From positions 1,273,569 through 1,337,568 of the forward strand of contig LSRY02000024.1 in the NCBI GenBank assembly GCA_001643675.2: a stretch of DNA of 64,000 bases. The letters are read 5' to 3'. The stretch comes from Monocercomonoides exilis PA203. Its lineage: Eukaryota; Protista; Preaxostyla. A program made the translations under genes and the position numbers. Position 1 is the first letter of the stretch; each line of letters starts with the position of its first letter. The notes under the pieces were generated by a model. The model worked only from the letters and a program-made list of their open reading frames with translations. It had not been told where the DNA came from and did not search any database. Positions 26,501-39,747 of the stretch are shown here, in pieces.

Positions 26501-29500
26501 ATCGCCCACTTCGCTCAGAATACCCACAAACTCTGCAGCACTCCCCACCTTTTCTATCACCCCGTTTTTGCTCATTGAAATGACACAGTCAAACTTCGGC
26601 AGGAACTTCGTGTGGTGTGTTGCCATCAGCACAGTCTTTCCCTTCAGATAGTCTGCAATGCACTCATCCACAATGTGCTGTCCAACATGTGCATCGACAC
26701 TCGCCAGCACATCGTCAAACAGAAATACCTCAGACGACGAGTATATCGCCCGTGCCAGCGCCACCCGCATCTTCTGCCCGCCAGACAGATTTATCCCTCT
26801 CTCTCCTATTTCTGTCTCATCGCCGCCAGGAAGAATAGCCAAGTCTGGTTCCAAACAGCTCACAGACACAACACGACGGTAGCGCTGGGCATCAAATGGC
26901 TCTCCAAAGAGAATGTTGTCTTTGACTGTTGTATTCAAAATCCATGGGATCTGAACAGAAAAACAGAATAAAAAAAGAAAACAAAAAAATAATTATTTTG
27001 TTTAAAAACGAATTTATTCCTTGCTTAATAAAGGGGAAAAAAAATATATCGAAAGAAACAAACCTGAGGAATGTAAGCGACTTTTCCTTTGACGAATCCT
27101 CTTCCCTTGACACATACCATCTCTCCCAGCAGCGCCTGCAGCACAGCTGACTTCCCACAGCCAACAGGGCCGACGAGGAGTGTGTGTGTCTGTCTTTTGA
27201 GTGAGAAAGTGAGCGAGTGAATGGAAGGCACAGGATTTTCCAATGGAACAAGCATTGTCGTGCTGTTCTGGACAAATTCCTTCGCAAGCAGCACATTCAA
27301 AAAGCGACGAAACAGCGACGTACATTTGGATGATGAGGATGAAGTAGAATTTGGAGAGGAAGAAGAAGAGGAAGAAGACGAGATCGAATGCTGTTTCTCT
27401 TCTCTTCTTCTTTCTTTTTCATTTGACTTTTCTTCATTCTCTTTATCCTCAGGTGTTTTCATTTCATTTCCTTCTTTTTCATTCTTTTTCCCTCTTCCTT
27501 TTCCGCCCCCGCTTCCTCTTTTCTTTTGCTGTTCGTATCTCGACCAGGCAAATGAGGCATTCTTCAGGCAAATCACAACATTGCTATCTTCATTCGGCAA
27601 TTCTTCGTCTTCTGCCTCTTTTTCATCTGAATTGCCCAATCCTGATAGATTGTCCATCTCAATCATTATTTTCTCCTCGCTCGCAACAATTGCTCCAACC
27701 TTCGTCAGATCTGCTTTATTAACATTGTTTTTATTCTTGCTCTCTTCTTCCACAAATTTCATTTTATCTCCTGCTATCGTATCATCATCATCATCATCAA
27801 CATCAACATCAATTTCTTCTTCTTTTTCTCTCTGTTCTTCGAATCTTCCTCTTCCCTCTCTTTTGGTTCTCCCAATTTTCTTTCTTCTTTTCTCTTCTTG
27901 TTCGTACAAAGGAGGTTCCGTCACACCTTCCTCAATATCATTTTTCAAAGGCTTCAAATCCTCTTCATCTCCTTCGTCATCTCCTCCCTTAAGCGCCTTC
28001 GATGTTCCATGTCTCGAATTCTGTTTATATTCTTTCCTTTTCTTTTTCATCATCTTTGCTTTGCTCTTTCTCTCTCTCTCTTTCTGAAGCTCTGCCCTTT
28101 TCTGTTGCATCCTTTTCTTCCTGGCCCACTCTTCGTCACTTCTCTTGCTCTCTTCCACAATCTGCTCTCTCGCCGCTTTTCCTCCGCCTCCAACCAAAGT
28201 ATCTGTGCACAAAAATGAACCGATCCGCTCCAGCACGATTTTTGTATCGAGGAACGAAGAGATAAAGCTGGGGATGCGGGAGATCAGCGGGCGGAGGCCG
28301 TCCACAAGTGTGATGGTTGGGAAGATGTCAGACGCCACCAGCGGAAGATGCCTTGCAAAACGGATGCTGACAATGACCACAATCGCAATGACACTCGCCG
28401 AGTTTCCGATGACAGATGCAACTGTCTGGCGCATTTGCTGTGAAGCAGGAGATGTTCAACAATCATTCAAGCGCATTCATATTTTGTCACAGATTGAAAG
28501 GGAGGGTTTAAAAAGTTTTACGAAAAGTTTTGCAATTTTTCCAAAAATGAAACATTCAGAAAAATTCGAGTAAGTTGAGAAAAAGAAACTAAAAACAGAG
28601 AATCATCAAACAATTTTCTTCAACAATTTTTGCTCATTGTTTCTGTGATGATTAATGCGTTCTTTCATTGGCTCTTCCCATGCATTCATCTTTATAATCT
28701 GCACAAAAAATAGTTACATTTGAGTGTTAAAAAAATGAAATGAAAAAAAAGAAAAAAGATGAATTTTTTCAAACTTTCATTCCATGAATCGCTTCTGTAA
28801 TCTTCTTTACTTTTGCATCGCCTTCTCTCATCAAAGCGCGTCTGACATTTCGTGTTCCTCGTGCAATTAGAGATGAAAGAGGCGTCAAGATTGATAGAAT
28901 GACAACACCCCACAAGGAGCTCCAATCCAAAAAATTCACGAGGAAAATGCATGAAAGCATGAATCTCAACGGAATATCAGCAAGCATTGTCACAAAATCT
29001 ATCAACATCATAATCCTATGGATATCGCTTGTTGAAATGTTTAATAACTGGCCAGTTCCAATTTGCATCTTCGCATCTTCGCTAAGTGTAATTGTGCGCT
29101 TAAAAATAAGTCCAGAAAGTCCAATTTTAAGTTTATTTTGCATCAAAGAAGTAAGTTGATAGGACCAAGTGTCAACGATATTGCATATTAATCTACTTCC
29201 AAAAATCAGAACAGAAACAACAATTCCATGAAGTATTGTTCCATGAGGATCAGATGCCCACTGAAGCAAATGTCTAAGTATGTACGTTTCAGTATAATTG
29301 AATGCTTATGAAAATATTTAGTTAAATAAATGTTCTTCAGTAAGAATGGATATAAAGAATAAACCTGTAGAAATTAATTGAAGAATCAAAGCCAAAATAA
29401 ACATTGCCCTAACATATTTAAGAGAAACTAGAAACAAAGATGGCCTAAAAATACACAGATAGTTAAGTTTTCAAAAGATTTTTCAACACTGAATATCGCA

Positions 29501-29799
29501 AACTTTTCTTTTTCTGTTTCTTTTTCCCAGATTAATTCAAGTTCGCGCACATTTGGACGACATTCATTTGCAAAGTATGTAAAGGGGAAAAAATTTTCAT
29601 CGAATGGCTTTTCGGAACAACAATTAACGAAGAAATACATTAAACAAATTAACCTTTTCATTTGCACGAGCAATTGCAGGCTTTGTAAAATAAAATGTTA
29701 ATTTTGATAAAAAGCCTGCATTCTTATATCTATTTAAACATATGAATAAATGCGATAACAATAAACACTTACAAACAAATCTGTTTTTAATTTTACCAT
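23509..29799 (-). CDS. ABCC / MRP-type full ABC transporter (short type, no TMD0), multi-exon
   Basis: Lasso motif AGFLSKLTF near the 5' end; TMD1 with GQLLNISTSD and IHGMK|IIKMNAWE; NBD1 with GPVGCGKS, EIGERGINLSGGQKMR and FLFDD; TMD2 with APMSYFDVTPTGRLVNR; NBD2 with GRTGSGKS, NLSVGQRQLLCLAR and ILMDEATASVD. The last exon ends ...YSIE* at 23509. Confidence 0.93.
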
Positions 29800-30279
29800 T
29801 TCGAAAAAATTATTTAATGGTTAACAAAAAGAACAAAATTTGTTCTTTTTGTTTTTGAGAAAAAACTGAGATTTGTATCAAACTTTTTCAGCAAACATAT
29901 CATTATAAATCAATTGAAACAATGCAAAAAATTACAGGAAAACTTTTTTAAATTGAGAAAATGTTTAAAAAATCTCGAATGGAACAAAATTCATAAGGGA
30001 AAATATTTTGTCCCAAATATTTTCCCATTTCAAATAATATTTATTTCATCAGACAGTTTGAAAATAACATGCTCAATGAATATTTGAAAAGAATTGGAAT
30101 GTTTCAAACATTTATGAATCTTTTTCTTTCACACTTTGATGCAAAAAATAATTATTTGTGAAAAAAAATTCAACGAAATTGTTGAATAATTTCCGTCCAA
30201 GAATAATGCTTATGAAATAAATAGAAAAAAATAAAAAGAAATTTTTGAGTTATAAAACTCGAAATAATACCTCAAACGA

Positions 30280-31730
30280 TTACAAAATAATCCGAAATGA
30301 GCCACGATAAACGATCAAGATGTTTTTTATCGAAAAATTCATATCATTCATTAAAGCTGATGTGATATCTTCGCATCCTTCTTCTTCCATCTTTTCAAGC
30401 ATTTTCCTTTTGGTTGCCTTTCTTTTCTCTTCCTTCATTTTGTTTTTCTCCTTTACTTTTAATCGACTTAAAATATTCAAAGAGAAAAGAAAATAATATT
30501 TCATCAAATTGTCATTTAATGTTGGTTGCTGAACCTCATCCAAAACAGCATCAATTGCCTCGCCTTTCAATAAGTCTTCAACATGTGCAACTCTTTTTAC
30601 TGCATCCTTTAGTTGATATGTGCATTTCCTGCTTATTTCTTCGTAATTGTCCCTTGCTGCTCGATGCACCTGAACAAAGCTGCTCAAAAGCTCAAGAAAT
30701 TCTTCATTCCCCAATCGGAAACTGCGAAAATAAAACACCAACATTTGGAGCCATCTCATCAAAGCAAGCTCTTCTTTAGTCTCTTTTCTCACTTTCTCCG
30801 CTTTTTTCTCTCTCTTCCAATCAACACCATTTGCCAGCTCTTCTAGTTCTCTTGCTGCTTCTCTTTCAAAATGCCGTTCATTCGCAATCGCTTCTTCCAA
30901 GCATTTGTCGTTGAAATATCTATTAATCAAAAACTTCCAAGCAGACTATTAGGCGAGTCGTGTCAGATTCCGATGTTCCTGATGATGTTGAATAATTTCT
31001 TTGATTTCATTGTCGTAAAGTTCTTTTTCTATTTCCTTTTAAAAAATGTGAAAAAATATCAATAAAGTCAAAAAGGAAAAAGAAGTGCTCACACATAAAA
31101 TTCATCATGACAACTCAATGCCAAAAATGCCATTTCCTTCTCTTTTTGAGCTTCCTCGTTTTCCTCTTTCTTCAACGCAGCTTTCAGCAGACATGGCACG
31201 CAAACAGATATCAATTGTGATGAAGCCCCAACGTTTAACAAAACATTGCTTTCGCAAAGTTCAGTAAGAAGATTTTCGTTTCTTTTCTCTTTTTTCTTCT
31301 CTTCATCGTCAATCATCTTCAAAAATCTTCTCTTCAACGAAGAAAATAAAAAACCGAAGTTTATTATGTTAAATAACATGCTGCGATATCCCATGTGCTT
31401 CAAAAGCAAGATTGCATTTCCCATCGTCAGTTTTTCTTCCTTAATCATTTGATCGATTTTCTCGAACAGTTCTTTTGTGAATGTTGAATAAAGTTCCTCT
31501 TTATTCATTTCATCAATCAATCTGTTCATTTCTTTAATTTTCTCTTTTTGTTCTGAAACGCTGCAGCTTTTCAATTCCTCAAGTAATTCTAAAGAAAAAA
31601 ATTTTATTCCAATGATAAAAGCCATTGAGCCTTCGAAAAAACGGTGAAAAATGAACAAATTTGAAAACTTTTCCTTTGGGGCCATCTCTCGATTTCTGTC
31701 TTCGGTTCTACAATCAATGAATTCTTCCAT
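30280..31730 (-). pseudogene. Lineage-expanded helical hypothetical protein family, copy 1 (inactivated)
   Basis: Paralog of 39748-41062 and 43612-45074 (MIxEEKL..xNAILLLK, LTxLCE, CVPCLLKAA.KKEENEE.QKE, EDLLKGxAIDAVL). Two adjacent stops, TAA-TAG at 30946-30951, replace Y-Q in LAYQSAW. Confidence 0.8.
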
Positions 31731-33004
31731 TCTGTTTATTTAGAGTGCATTCCATTCGCAATGAATATACCCAACAATTAAGCAAAATCAAATAAATATC
31801 AAACATCGTTCACGATCCAACAAATTGAGAAGGTTACAGTCGCTATCCCAATTGTTTTGCTTTATTAATAAAGATTTGGAAACGAGTTCTATGAAAGCAG
31901 CCTGATATGGCTGAACAAGGCAAGAAATGTTAGTTTTTTGTTTCTTGTTGATCAAACCAACAAATATTCATTAAAAACAAATGGAGAATTGTTATTCGAT
32001 TCATGATGCTCCATGAAATTGATTTCTTCCCCTTTTGGAACAGAATTAATTAAAGATATAGAAATGGAACTTGATGGGAGAAGACAACTGCAATCAAGCA
32101 AAAGGATTGAGAAGAAGATTTTCATGACTTTTTTTGAGTTATTGATTGTCTTGTCGAAAGCCAAAGAACAGCTAATGCTTGCATTCTTGAAGGTCCTCAT
32201 TGGTTATTTTATTTAACAGATTCTGATTTCATTGAAAAGGATTGAAGTGATTGCTGAAGACAAAAGAAGTGAAAAGTTCCAAAATCGAAATGGATAAAAC
32301 AAGCAAAACGTCAATTGCAATTCTTCACAAAAAAAATCAAACGAATGGCAGAAGAACAAGGTTGGATGGTTCAATTGCAACAGCATCATGGGCTATCAAA
32401 AAATGGTTTATAAAAGGCAAATCTATCAAAATTGGCTTCACTGTCCAAGCTGACTGGCTTTGTGATTGATAAGAGTTCGGTGATGCGTTTTGTTCATCCT
32501 TTTCAATTTGAATGATTGAGCATTACTGGCAGCAAAATACATTTGCTTTCTGGTGAAAAGAGATTGATAAAGGAATTTTTTGGAGGCAATTCTGTTGCCA
32601 AGGAGCAATGAAAAAAATGCATAAATTATTATTCTTTTTCTTCAGAGACCAAAAGCATTGGAGTTATGGATATGGAAGGAATTGGCCGACATTTCAGTTT
32701 CTGCTCCATTAGAATGAAGATGAATGGCAAAAACATTTGTTTTCAAAATGAAGATGCTCTTGTGGAAATGAGGCGTTCATCAGACAATTCAAAAACTCTT
32801 CCTTTTTGCTTCAGCAATATAAGTGTGATGAAAATGTGTTAAAGAATGAAAGGACCTCTTTTCGAATGTCTCAACAATCCATCGTTTTTGAATCAACATC
32901 ATTTTCAGATGAAAAGTTCACTTTATTTCTGCATTTGAGCTGCTTCGTGACGAACACCTTGCAGGCATCGAAAACAACAACATTCAAAAATTTTTCATCG
33001 CCTT

Positions 33005-33166
33005 CTCCTTTTCCTTCTTCCTCTTATTCCTCTTCTTCCTCTTCTTCTTCTTCTTCCTCTTCCTCTTCTTCTTCTTCTTCTTCTTCTTCTTCTTCTTCTT
33101 CTTCTTCTTCATCATCATCATCATCTTCTCCGTCTTCTTCATCTTCTTCCTCTTCTTCCTCTTCTT

Positions 33167-33197
<31 letters not shown>

Positions 33198-33250
33198 CTC
33201 TTCTTCTTCTTCTTCCTCTTATTCCTCTTCTTCCTCCTTATTCTTCTTCC
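33005..33250. repeat. (TCT/TCC/TCA)n trinucleotide microsatellite
   Basis: Directly visible; produces spurious poly-Ser and poly-Lys ORFs. Confidence 0.9.
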
Positions 33251-34056
33251 TCTCCCCTTCTCCAACACCAAAAACTTCATCAATACAACCTGACATACAT
33301 TCTACACTGCCTCTTTTAGCATCGGAGAAAATAGCTGTGCTTCGTACTCCTTATATAGTATCTTCTTCTTCTTCTACTTCTTCTTTATTGTTTTTTCTTC
33401 TTTTCAGTTGTCCAAAAGAAAGAAAGAATGAATTTTTGCCCTTTCGATGTCTTCTGCCACACCCTCAGACACTCCACAAATACGTTCACTCACTCACTCG
33501 CTCGCTCGCTCATTCATTCAATGATTCATTTATTCAACTCTTGCTGTGGCTGATGCAAATGAATGCATCCCTGAAGAGATTAGAAATTCAAATAAAAAAA
33601 AATTAAAAAATTTAAAAAAAAATGAATTTGTTAAAGAAATGTCTGATTTCAATTTTTCGAATGTTTCTGAGGATTTTTGTTCAAAATCAAAAGAACAGAA
33701 AATAATAGGCACAGAATAATTCATAATTTTGGTATTTTTCAAAATTGCGGTTTTCATTTTGATTCATGAATTATTTTTGGAATGAATAACAAATGATTTT
33801 ATTAAAAAAATATTTTTTTAAATAAATTTCTGTTTTAAAAAAAAAAATATCAGAAAAATAAAATGTAATACTGATAAAAAATAACACTGTAACTAAAATA
33901 CACATCAATTTTCAAAATAATAAGTTGAAAAAAAAAAGTTATCTCCAAGAAATTAATTATTTTATGATCAAATATATAATTATTATTGAAAAAGCATTTT
34001 TTAACAATTGATATTTTCACAGTTTAAATTGCAGGAAGAGCTGTAAAACTGAAGCA

Positions 34057-35703
34057 ATGAGCGATAATATGGAAAGCAAAATTGATGCACAAAAAGAGAA
34101 TAGTGATCTCTCTTTAAAGGACGAGAAAGGAAGAACAAAAGCAATGCAATGGATTATTGAGAAAAGAACAGAACCACCAAAAGAAATAAGACACGATGTT
34201 ACAATTTCGGATAATGAAGGAAATACAATGGCCATGATATGGATTCAGTTTGTTCACACAGATCCACCAGAATGGATGAGACACGATATTACGCTTCGTA
34301 ACAATTTCAAATCAACGATGGCTATGTTGTGGATTCAGTTTGTTCAAACAGAACCGCCAGTCTGGATGAGGCACGAAATTACACTTACCAATAAGAATGG
34401 GTGCACAATGGCCATGCACTGGATTCGATATGTCAATTCAGAACCACCAGAGTGGATGAGACATGAGAAAACACTTGCTGATAGCAAAGGAAGAACAATG
34501 GCTATGATATGGATCTATAATGTTAAAACAGAACCACCGGAATGGATGAGACACTACAATGAGCTTGCAGATAAAAACGGAAAACCAATGGCCATGAAAT
34601 GGATTGAGGATGTTAAAACAAAACCACCACTATGGATGATAATGGATAGCACACAAGGCACCAAGGAAGGGAGGACATTGTCGATGAAGTGGATTGAAGA
34701 GAAAAAAACGGAACCGCCAGACTGGATGAGACACAACATTGCAATTGGAGATAATGGAGGAAAAACAATGGCCATGTATTGGATAAAGGAAGTCAAAACA
34801 GAACCACCTTTGTCAATAAGGCATGAAGTAGCAAAAAAAGATAACAATGGTGAAACGATGGCGATGAAGTGGATTCAGTTTGTTAAAACAGACCCACTGG
34901 GGTGGATGAGGCACGGGATTACGCTTGGAAATAAGAAAGGAGAAACAATGTCCATGCTGTGGATTTCAAATGTGAAGACAAACCCACCAACTTGGATGAG
35001 ACATGGCAATACTCTTTGCAACAAATATGGGAAAACAATGGCCATGCTTTGGATTGAACATATTCAGACAGAGCCTCCAGAATGGATGAGACACGATATC
35101 ACGCTTGGTGACAAGGATGGAAAAACAATGGCCATATATTGGATTGAAAATGTTAAGACAGAACCTCCAGAATGGATGAGGCATGATCCTGCTCTTATTG
35201 ATAAGGAAGGACGAACAATGGCTATGCTGTGGATTTCAAGTGTGAAGACAAACCCACCAGAATGGATGAGACACGATGCTACACTTGCAAACTGTTTTGG
35301 CTTGACGATGGCGATGAAGTGGATTCAAGAAGTCAAGACAGAGCCACCTGAGTGGATGAGACATGACAACAAACTTACCGATATGCCTGGGCGAACAATG
35401 GCGATGCAATGGATTCAGTTTACTGAAACTGGACCGCCAAAATGGATGAGACATGACAATCGGGTTGCGGACAGGGATGGAAAAAGGATGGCAGATTATT
35501 GGGAAAGATATGTTGGGAATGAGATTCCAGAATGGATGAAGAACGATGAATCAATTTCCGCTAATGACATAGATAATGAATTTGATGATACAGTAGATGA
35601 TGATGAAGAAATGATAAAGGCAATAAATTTGATCAAAGAAAGTTTAAAGAAGCATCGGGGCAAAAGTGGAAAGAAAATGCACTTGTCGATTAGGATTGAA
35701 TAG
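34057..35703 (+). CDS. 30-aa tandem-repeat protein, copy B (16 units, short N-leader, acidic then basic C-tail)
   Basis: Intact intronless 548-aa ORF with the same consensus as copy A; shares identical DNA blocks with it. Confidence 0.88.
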   Translation: MSDNMESKIDAQKENSDLSLKDEKGRTKAMQWIIEKRTEPPKEIRHDVTISDNEGNTMAMIWIQFVHTDPPEWMRHDITLRNNFKSTMAMLWIQFVQTEPPVWMRHEITLTNKNGCTMAMHWIRYVNSEPPEWMRHEKTLADSKGRTMAMIWIYNVKTEPPEWMRHYNELADKNGKPMAMKWIEDVKTKPPLWMIMDSTQGTKEGRTLSMKWIEEKKTEPPDWMRHNIAIGDNGGKTMAMYWIKEVKTEPPLSIRHEVAKKDNNGETMAMKWIQFVKTDPLGWMRHGITLGNKKGETMSMLWISNVKTNPPTWMRHGNTLCNKYGKTMAMLWIEHIQTEPPEWMRHDITLGDKDGKTMAIYWIENVKTEPPEWMRHDPALIDKEGRTMAMLWISSVKTNPPEWMRHDATLANCFGLTMAMKWIQEVKTEPPEWMRHDNKLTDMPGRTMAMQWIQFTETGPPKWMRHDNRVADRDGKRMADYWERYVGNEIPEWMKNDESISANDIDNEFDDTVDDDEEMIKAINLIKESLKKHRGKSGKKMHLSIRIE

Positions 35704-36548
35704 CGAAGGGAATGATGAGGGTATATTGGCTGAAATGAGATATCTCATCATAATGAGTGAAGCAATGAATTATATCTGGAGATGAATGCGAGATGGCGAG
35801 CGTTGAAGTTGTTGCGCCAGAAATGGAAGAAATCAAATAATTCAGCAAGAAGGTTTGCTTCATTCGCACTGAAAGACATTTTTTTTTCGATTGTTTGAAT
35901 GGACGAATCAGCAGATTGGCATTCGTATCAGTAAAGTCCATTCCACAACATTTCAAAATTCATGACTCTTCTTTCTTTCTTCTTTTTTTCTTTGAAGCTG
36001 CTTTTGCTCAATTGGCAGATGCTTGGACATGCTTCAAACATATTTCATTTTGATCTCCTTTCGATTTGCTTCTGATTGCTTTTTCATTCACCAGAACAAT
36101 TGAAGCAATTCATTTCAATGTTTTTATTTTTTTTTAATTTTTCAAATTATTTTTTTTTCCAATTTTTATTTGATTCTGTAAATAATCAAAGAAAATCTCA
36201 ATTCAAATCATCTTCTTTTCTTTTTTTTATCATTTGCCAATGTGACCAAAAGTACACTTTGGCATATTGAAAATGAAATGAGCATTTCTGTGATTCGAAG
36301 TTGAGAAAATCAAAGAGAACAAGTTGAATAGATAGACGAAAATGATCTGTCTGCGATGATGAGGGAGAAGTGAGGATGAGCTTGATGTTTTCAAAGAATG
36401 CAACAATTCTAACTGCCTCTGAGGCAAATTGGCTTTTCAATGGATTTTAGTTGCGTTTGCTTTGAAAATAAGGAAATAGTTTCATTTCCAACCTCGGAAC
36501 CTCTGTTTCAGTTTAATTCCTGCCCAGATGTTGCTCAATCACCTCTGA

Positions 36549-37200
36549 TCATCTTCCTTTTCTTCGCCAATCATCTGCTCGCTTAAATTTCCTCTTTTTG
36601 AAATCTTTTTCACTTTTCTTTTTCTTCTTCTCTTCTCTCTTCTTTTTTTCTTTGCTTCTCTGCTTTTCTTCTTCTTCCTCCACCTCTTCTCGCTCCTTCA
36701 GCACCGCCAGCGCAATTGCTTCAGACAACAGAGCAACATCCTCCATCCTCAGCCCCGCAGTATCCATCCCCTTCTCCACAATCTCTCCCATATCATACAC
36801 TTCAACCCTTCGCCCCATCACTTCATCTTTCAACTTCTCCACCAAATATTTTTACTGCGGCGATCGACATATCTGCAGCAGCAACGTGTCAAGCAGATCG
36901 TAGATCGACTGGAACGCATTCATATCTACTGCCTCAAAGATCCGCCTGCTCTACGTCGTAGTGTTCACCTACGCTGTTAGCGTAGGAAGCGGAGCCACCA
37001 GCGGAACCGAGAGCATAACCAAAAGTGCGGCAATGCAGGTGCAAGCAGCATCCCCATACAGCACCGCCCGCCGCGTCACAACATATCCCCGCAGCGTCTG
37101 TTGCTCCCTTAGCAACGACTATCTGTGATTTTCATTCAATTCAGCTTCTTCAGGCGCCACAATCCGCAGCCGCCTCTCGATGTTGTCCATCGCTCCTGCC
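36549..37200 (-). pseudogene. Decayed fragment of an unidentified protein gene
   Basis: GC-rich, coding-like minus frame (...RRIFEAVDMNAFQSIYDLLDTLLLQICRSPQ*KYLVEKLKDEVMGRR...) interrupted by three in-frame stops. Confidence 0.4.
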
Positions 37201-38164
37201 GAAGTGAATGACACAGCCACTGCCGATGCATCCGAAGGATCAATCGCATGCGCTGAAGATGGTCGATCATCTCCTGTCTCCTTCTTCTCTACGCTTCTTC
37301 ACCTCCGGAATGGCGAAGTTGATCGGCGTGCTGCTCCAGTTGAAGAAGACGAGGAAGAAGAAGAAGAAGAAGAAGGAAAGGAAGAAGAGGAAGAGGAAGA
37401 GGAAGAAGATGATGATGAACAAATTATTGAAGAAGAAGAAGATGATGATGATGAAAAAAAGTTGAATGCGATGTTATTTTAAGAGTTCAATTGTGGTTGT
37501 TTTGCTGATAGAAATATGCATTTTCTTTTTGTTTATTTTTTCTTTTTATCTTTTCATCTTTTTCAATTCAATTTTCCCTCTCTTTTCATTTTTCATCATC
37601 TCCATTCATCTTTTCCCTTCTTTCTTCACCTTTCACAGAACAATCTTTTCACTCATTCTCTCTTTTCCCCAATTAAATTCTATCCCTCTTCGCTCTAATC
37701 ATCTGATGAAATACTTTTTCTTTCTCATCTTTCTTCTTCTTCTTATTATTATTCTTCCCTTCTTCTGCTTATATCCTCAAAATATCACTTCTAAAGATTT
37801 TTGAACCGAATCCGGAGAATTAGCAGCATCGGAGAAATATTTCTCTTCATTTTATTTTCCCATCTTTCGTTTTATCTTCTTCTTCTTCTTCTTCTTCTTT
37901 CCATAAATATTTTCCTTTTATTCCATGAAAATTCCCCCTTTCGGCTCATCTTTTTGGAAGTTTGCTGGAATTATTAATCCAAACATTTTCTTCATCTTTT
38001 CTCAAAGCAGATTTCAAAGAAGTCTTCTTCTTCTCTCTTGCTTTCTTTCTCTGTGCTTTCTTTCCTCATTATGAGGAACATCTTTTCTTCTTTCATTTCA
38101 TTCATCAGAAAATATCCAATTCTTCTTTCAAAAATAGCTTATTTCCTCTTTCTCTCTTCACTTT

Positions 38165-38235
38165 TCTTCTTCTTCTTCTTCTTCTTCTTCTTCTTCTTCT
38201 TCTTCTTCTTCTTCTTCTTCTTCTTCTTCTTCTTC
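38165..38235. repeat. Perfect (CTT)n microsatellite
   Basis: Directly visible. Confidence 0.95.
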
Positions 38236-39747
38236 AAATCCACTTTTCTTGTTCACAACCATTTTTCCCTTGTTTTCTTGTCCATCGCTGCATCTTTCCT
38301 CCTTTTTCTCTTCTCTTTTTGGAAGCACTCCAATTTTTGACTCCAATTCAAAGCTTCTAAAAGTCCATTTGTATTTCATTCATCCAATTCTGCATATTTC
38401 ACCAGAATTGCAAATCTTTCCATTAAATCATCAAAATTGCTGTTTCCATCAAACAATTCTTGGAAATGATGATGACTATAAAGAAGAAGATGAGTTAATC
38501 GATGATGAAGCATGCATAACAGATGGCAGAAGTCACAAATGTTATTGTTGAATGCAAGGCAAGCAAGAATAATCTCAAAAGATCTGGTTCTTTTGAAAAA
38601 GGATAAAATGGCTTCTCTCTCTTTGCGGTATTCCTGTTCGTAACCAATCTGTATTCATTCAAAGAATACCTTTAAATAAAAATGAATCAAATGAAAAAAA
38701 AAGTCAAACCATCTTTTTGGTCTTGAAATATTTTCCCATCTCCAATGGATTGGTAACTGTCTGTCAAACTGGTTTTCTTGTTCTTAGAATCCATCGTGAA
38801 GTTGGCTGTGATATCTGATGAAAACACATATTCTCCAAATTAACTCCTTTTCAAAGACTTATTCAACGACAAGTCTTTGCTGATAGCATACCAGCATGCT
38901 TAGTGCAAAATGCAAATGAGATTGTTGTTGAAGCCTGCTGAGTGTTTCGCTCAACTCGTTTCCTCCATTGTTTAATCCCAAATTCCCTTTCCTTTTCCAC
39001 AAAACCAACCTTCCCCCTCCAAAAACTATGTTAAAACAAATCCTGCTCAAATGATATGCCAAGTACACTGCACTTCCCTGAAATGACAAAGCGGTTCAAT
39101 TCAATCTTTCTAGCCTTTTAATCGCTTTTTTTGAATCTTGCTTTATTCATTTTTCATTCAAAATATGGCATTTGACGATATGCCACACATTTTGCAATTT
39201 TTCACCACGTTCAAATTTCATGCAACTTCCCACACTTATTCACTTTTCGCAAGCAATCGATGCAAACAGCCACTCTCTCCTCCATCTGCAAGAAAAGTAC
39301 TTGTTCTTCTGCAATGCTATAACTCGCATGGTTGCATCTGTAGTTGTGCGCATAAGCAGCTCAAACATGCTCTGACTGTAGCAAATCACCAATCAAAAAT
39401 CTTCACTTATAAAATTATAGGTTGGTCACCCTTATTAATTTGCACAAAAACAAGAATATTTTGTTTCATAGATTTGTTTGTTTTGAGGTAAAAACCATTG
39501 ATGGAATACGAAGACGTGTGGACTTTTATGTTGTTTGATAATTGATTTGGTTTTTTTAATTCTTTTAATTCGAATATTCAACGAATATTTCGAAAACGAA
39601 TTTACATGTTGTTTTTGATTCATTTTGTGATTTCACAGCCAACTTCAGCGAAACAAATATTTCTTGGTTTGCAAAGTGTTATAAGAAATGAATGTTTGAA
39701 CGAGCAAATGAATGCTTTTCATTCTTTGGATTTTTCAATTTTTTTAG

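Noticed and set aside
11437-28087. Antisense poly-Glu/poly-Ser ORFs (e.g. 11437-12270, 19171-19800, 25617-26276, 27221-28087)
   Set aside because: Shadows of low-complexity tracts in real genes on the other strand.
36845-37000. In-frame TAG/TAA stops suggesting UAR=Gln recoding, as known in some oxymonads
   Set aside because: Long genes here have no internal UAR and end in TAA/TAG (8157, 13400, 22603, 23509); other pseudogenes carry TGA stops and frameshifts. Ordinary decay explains it.
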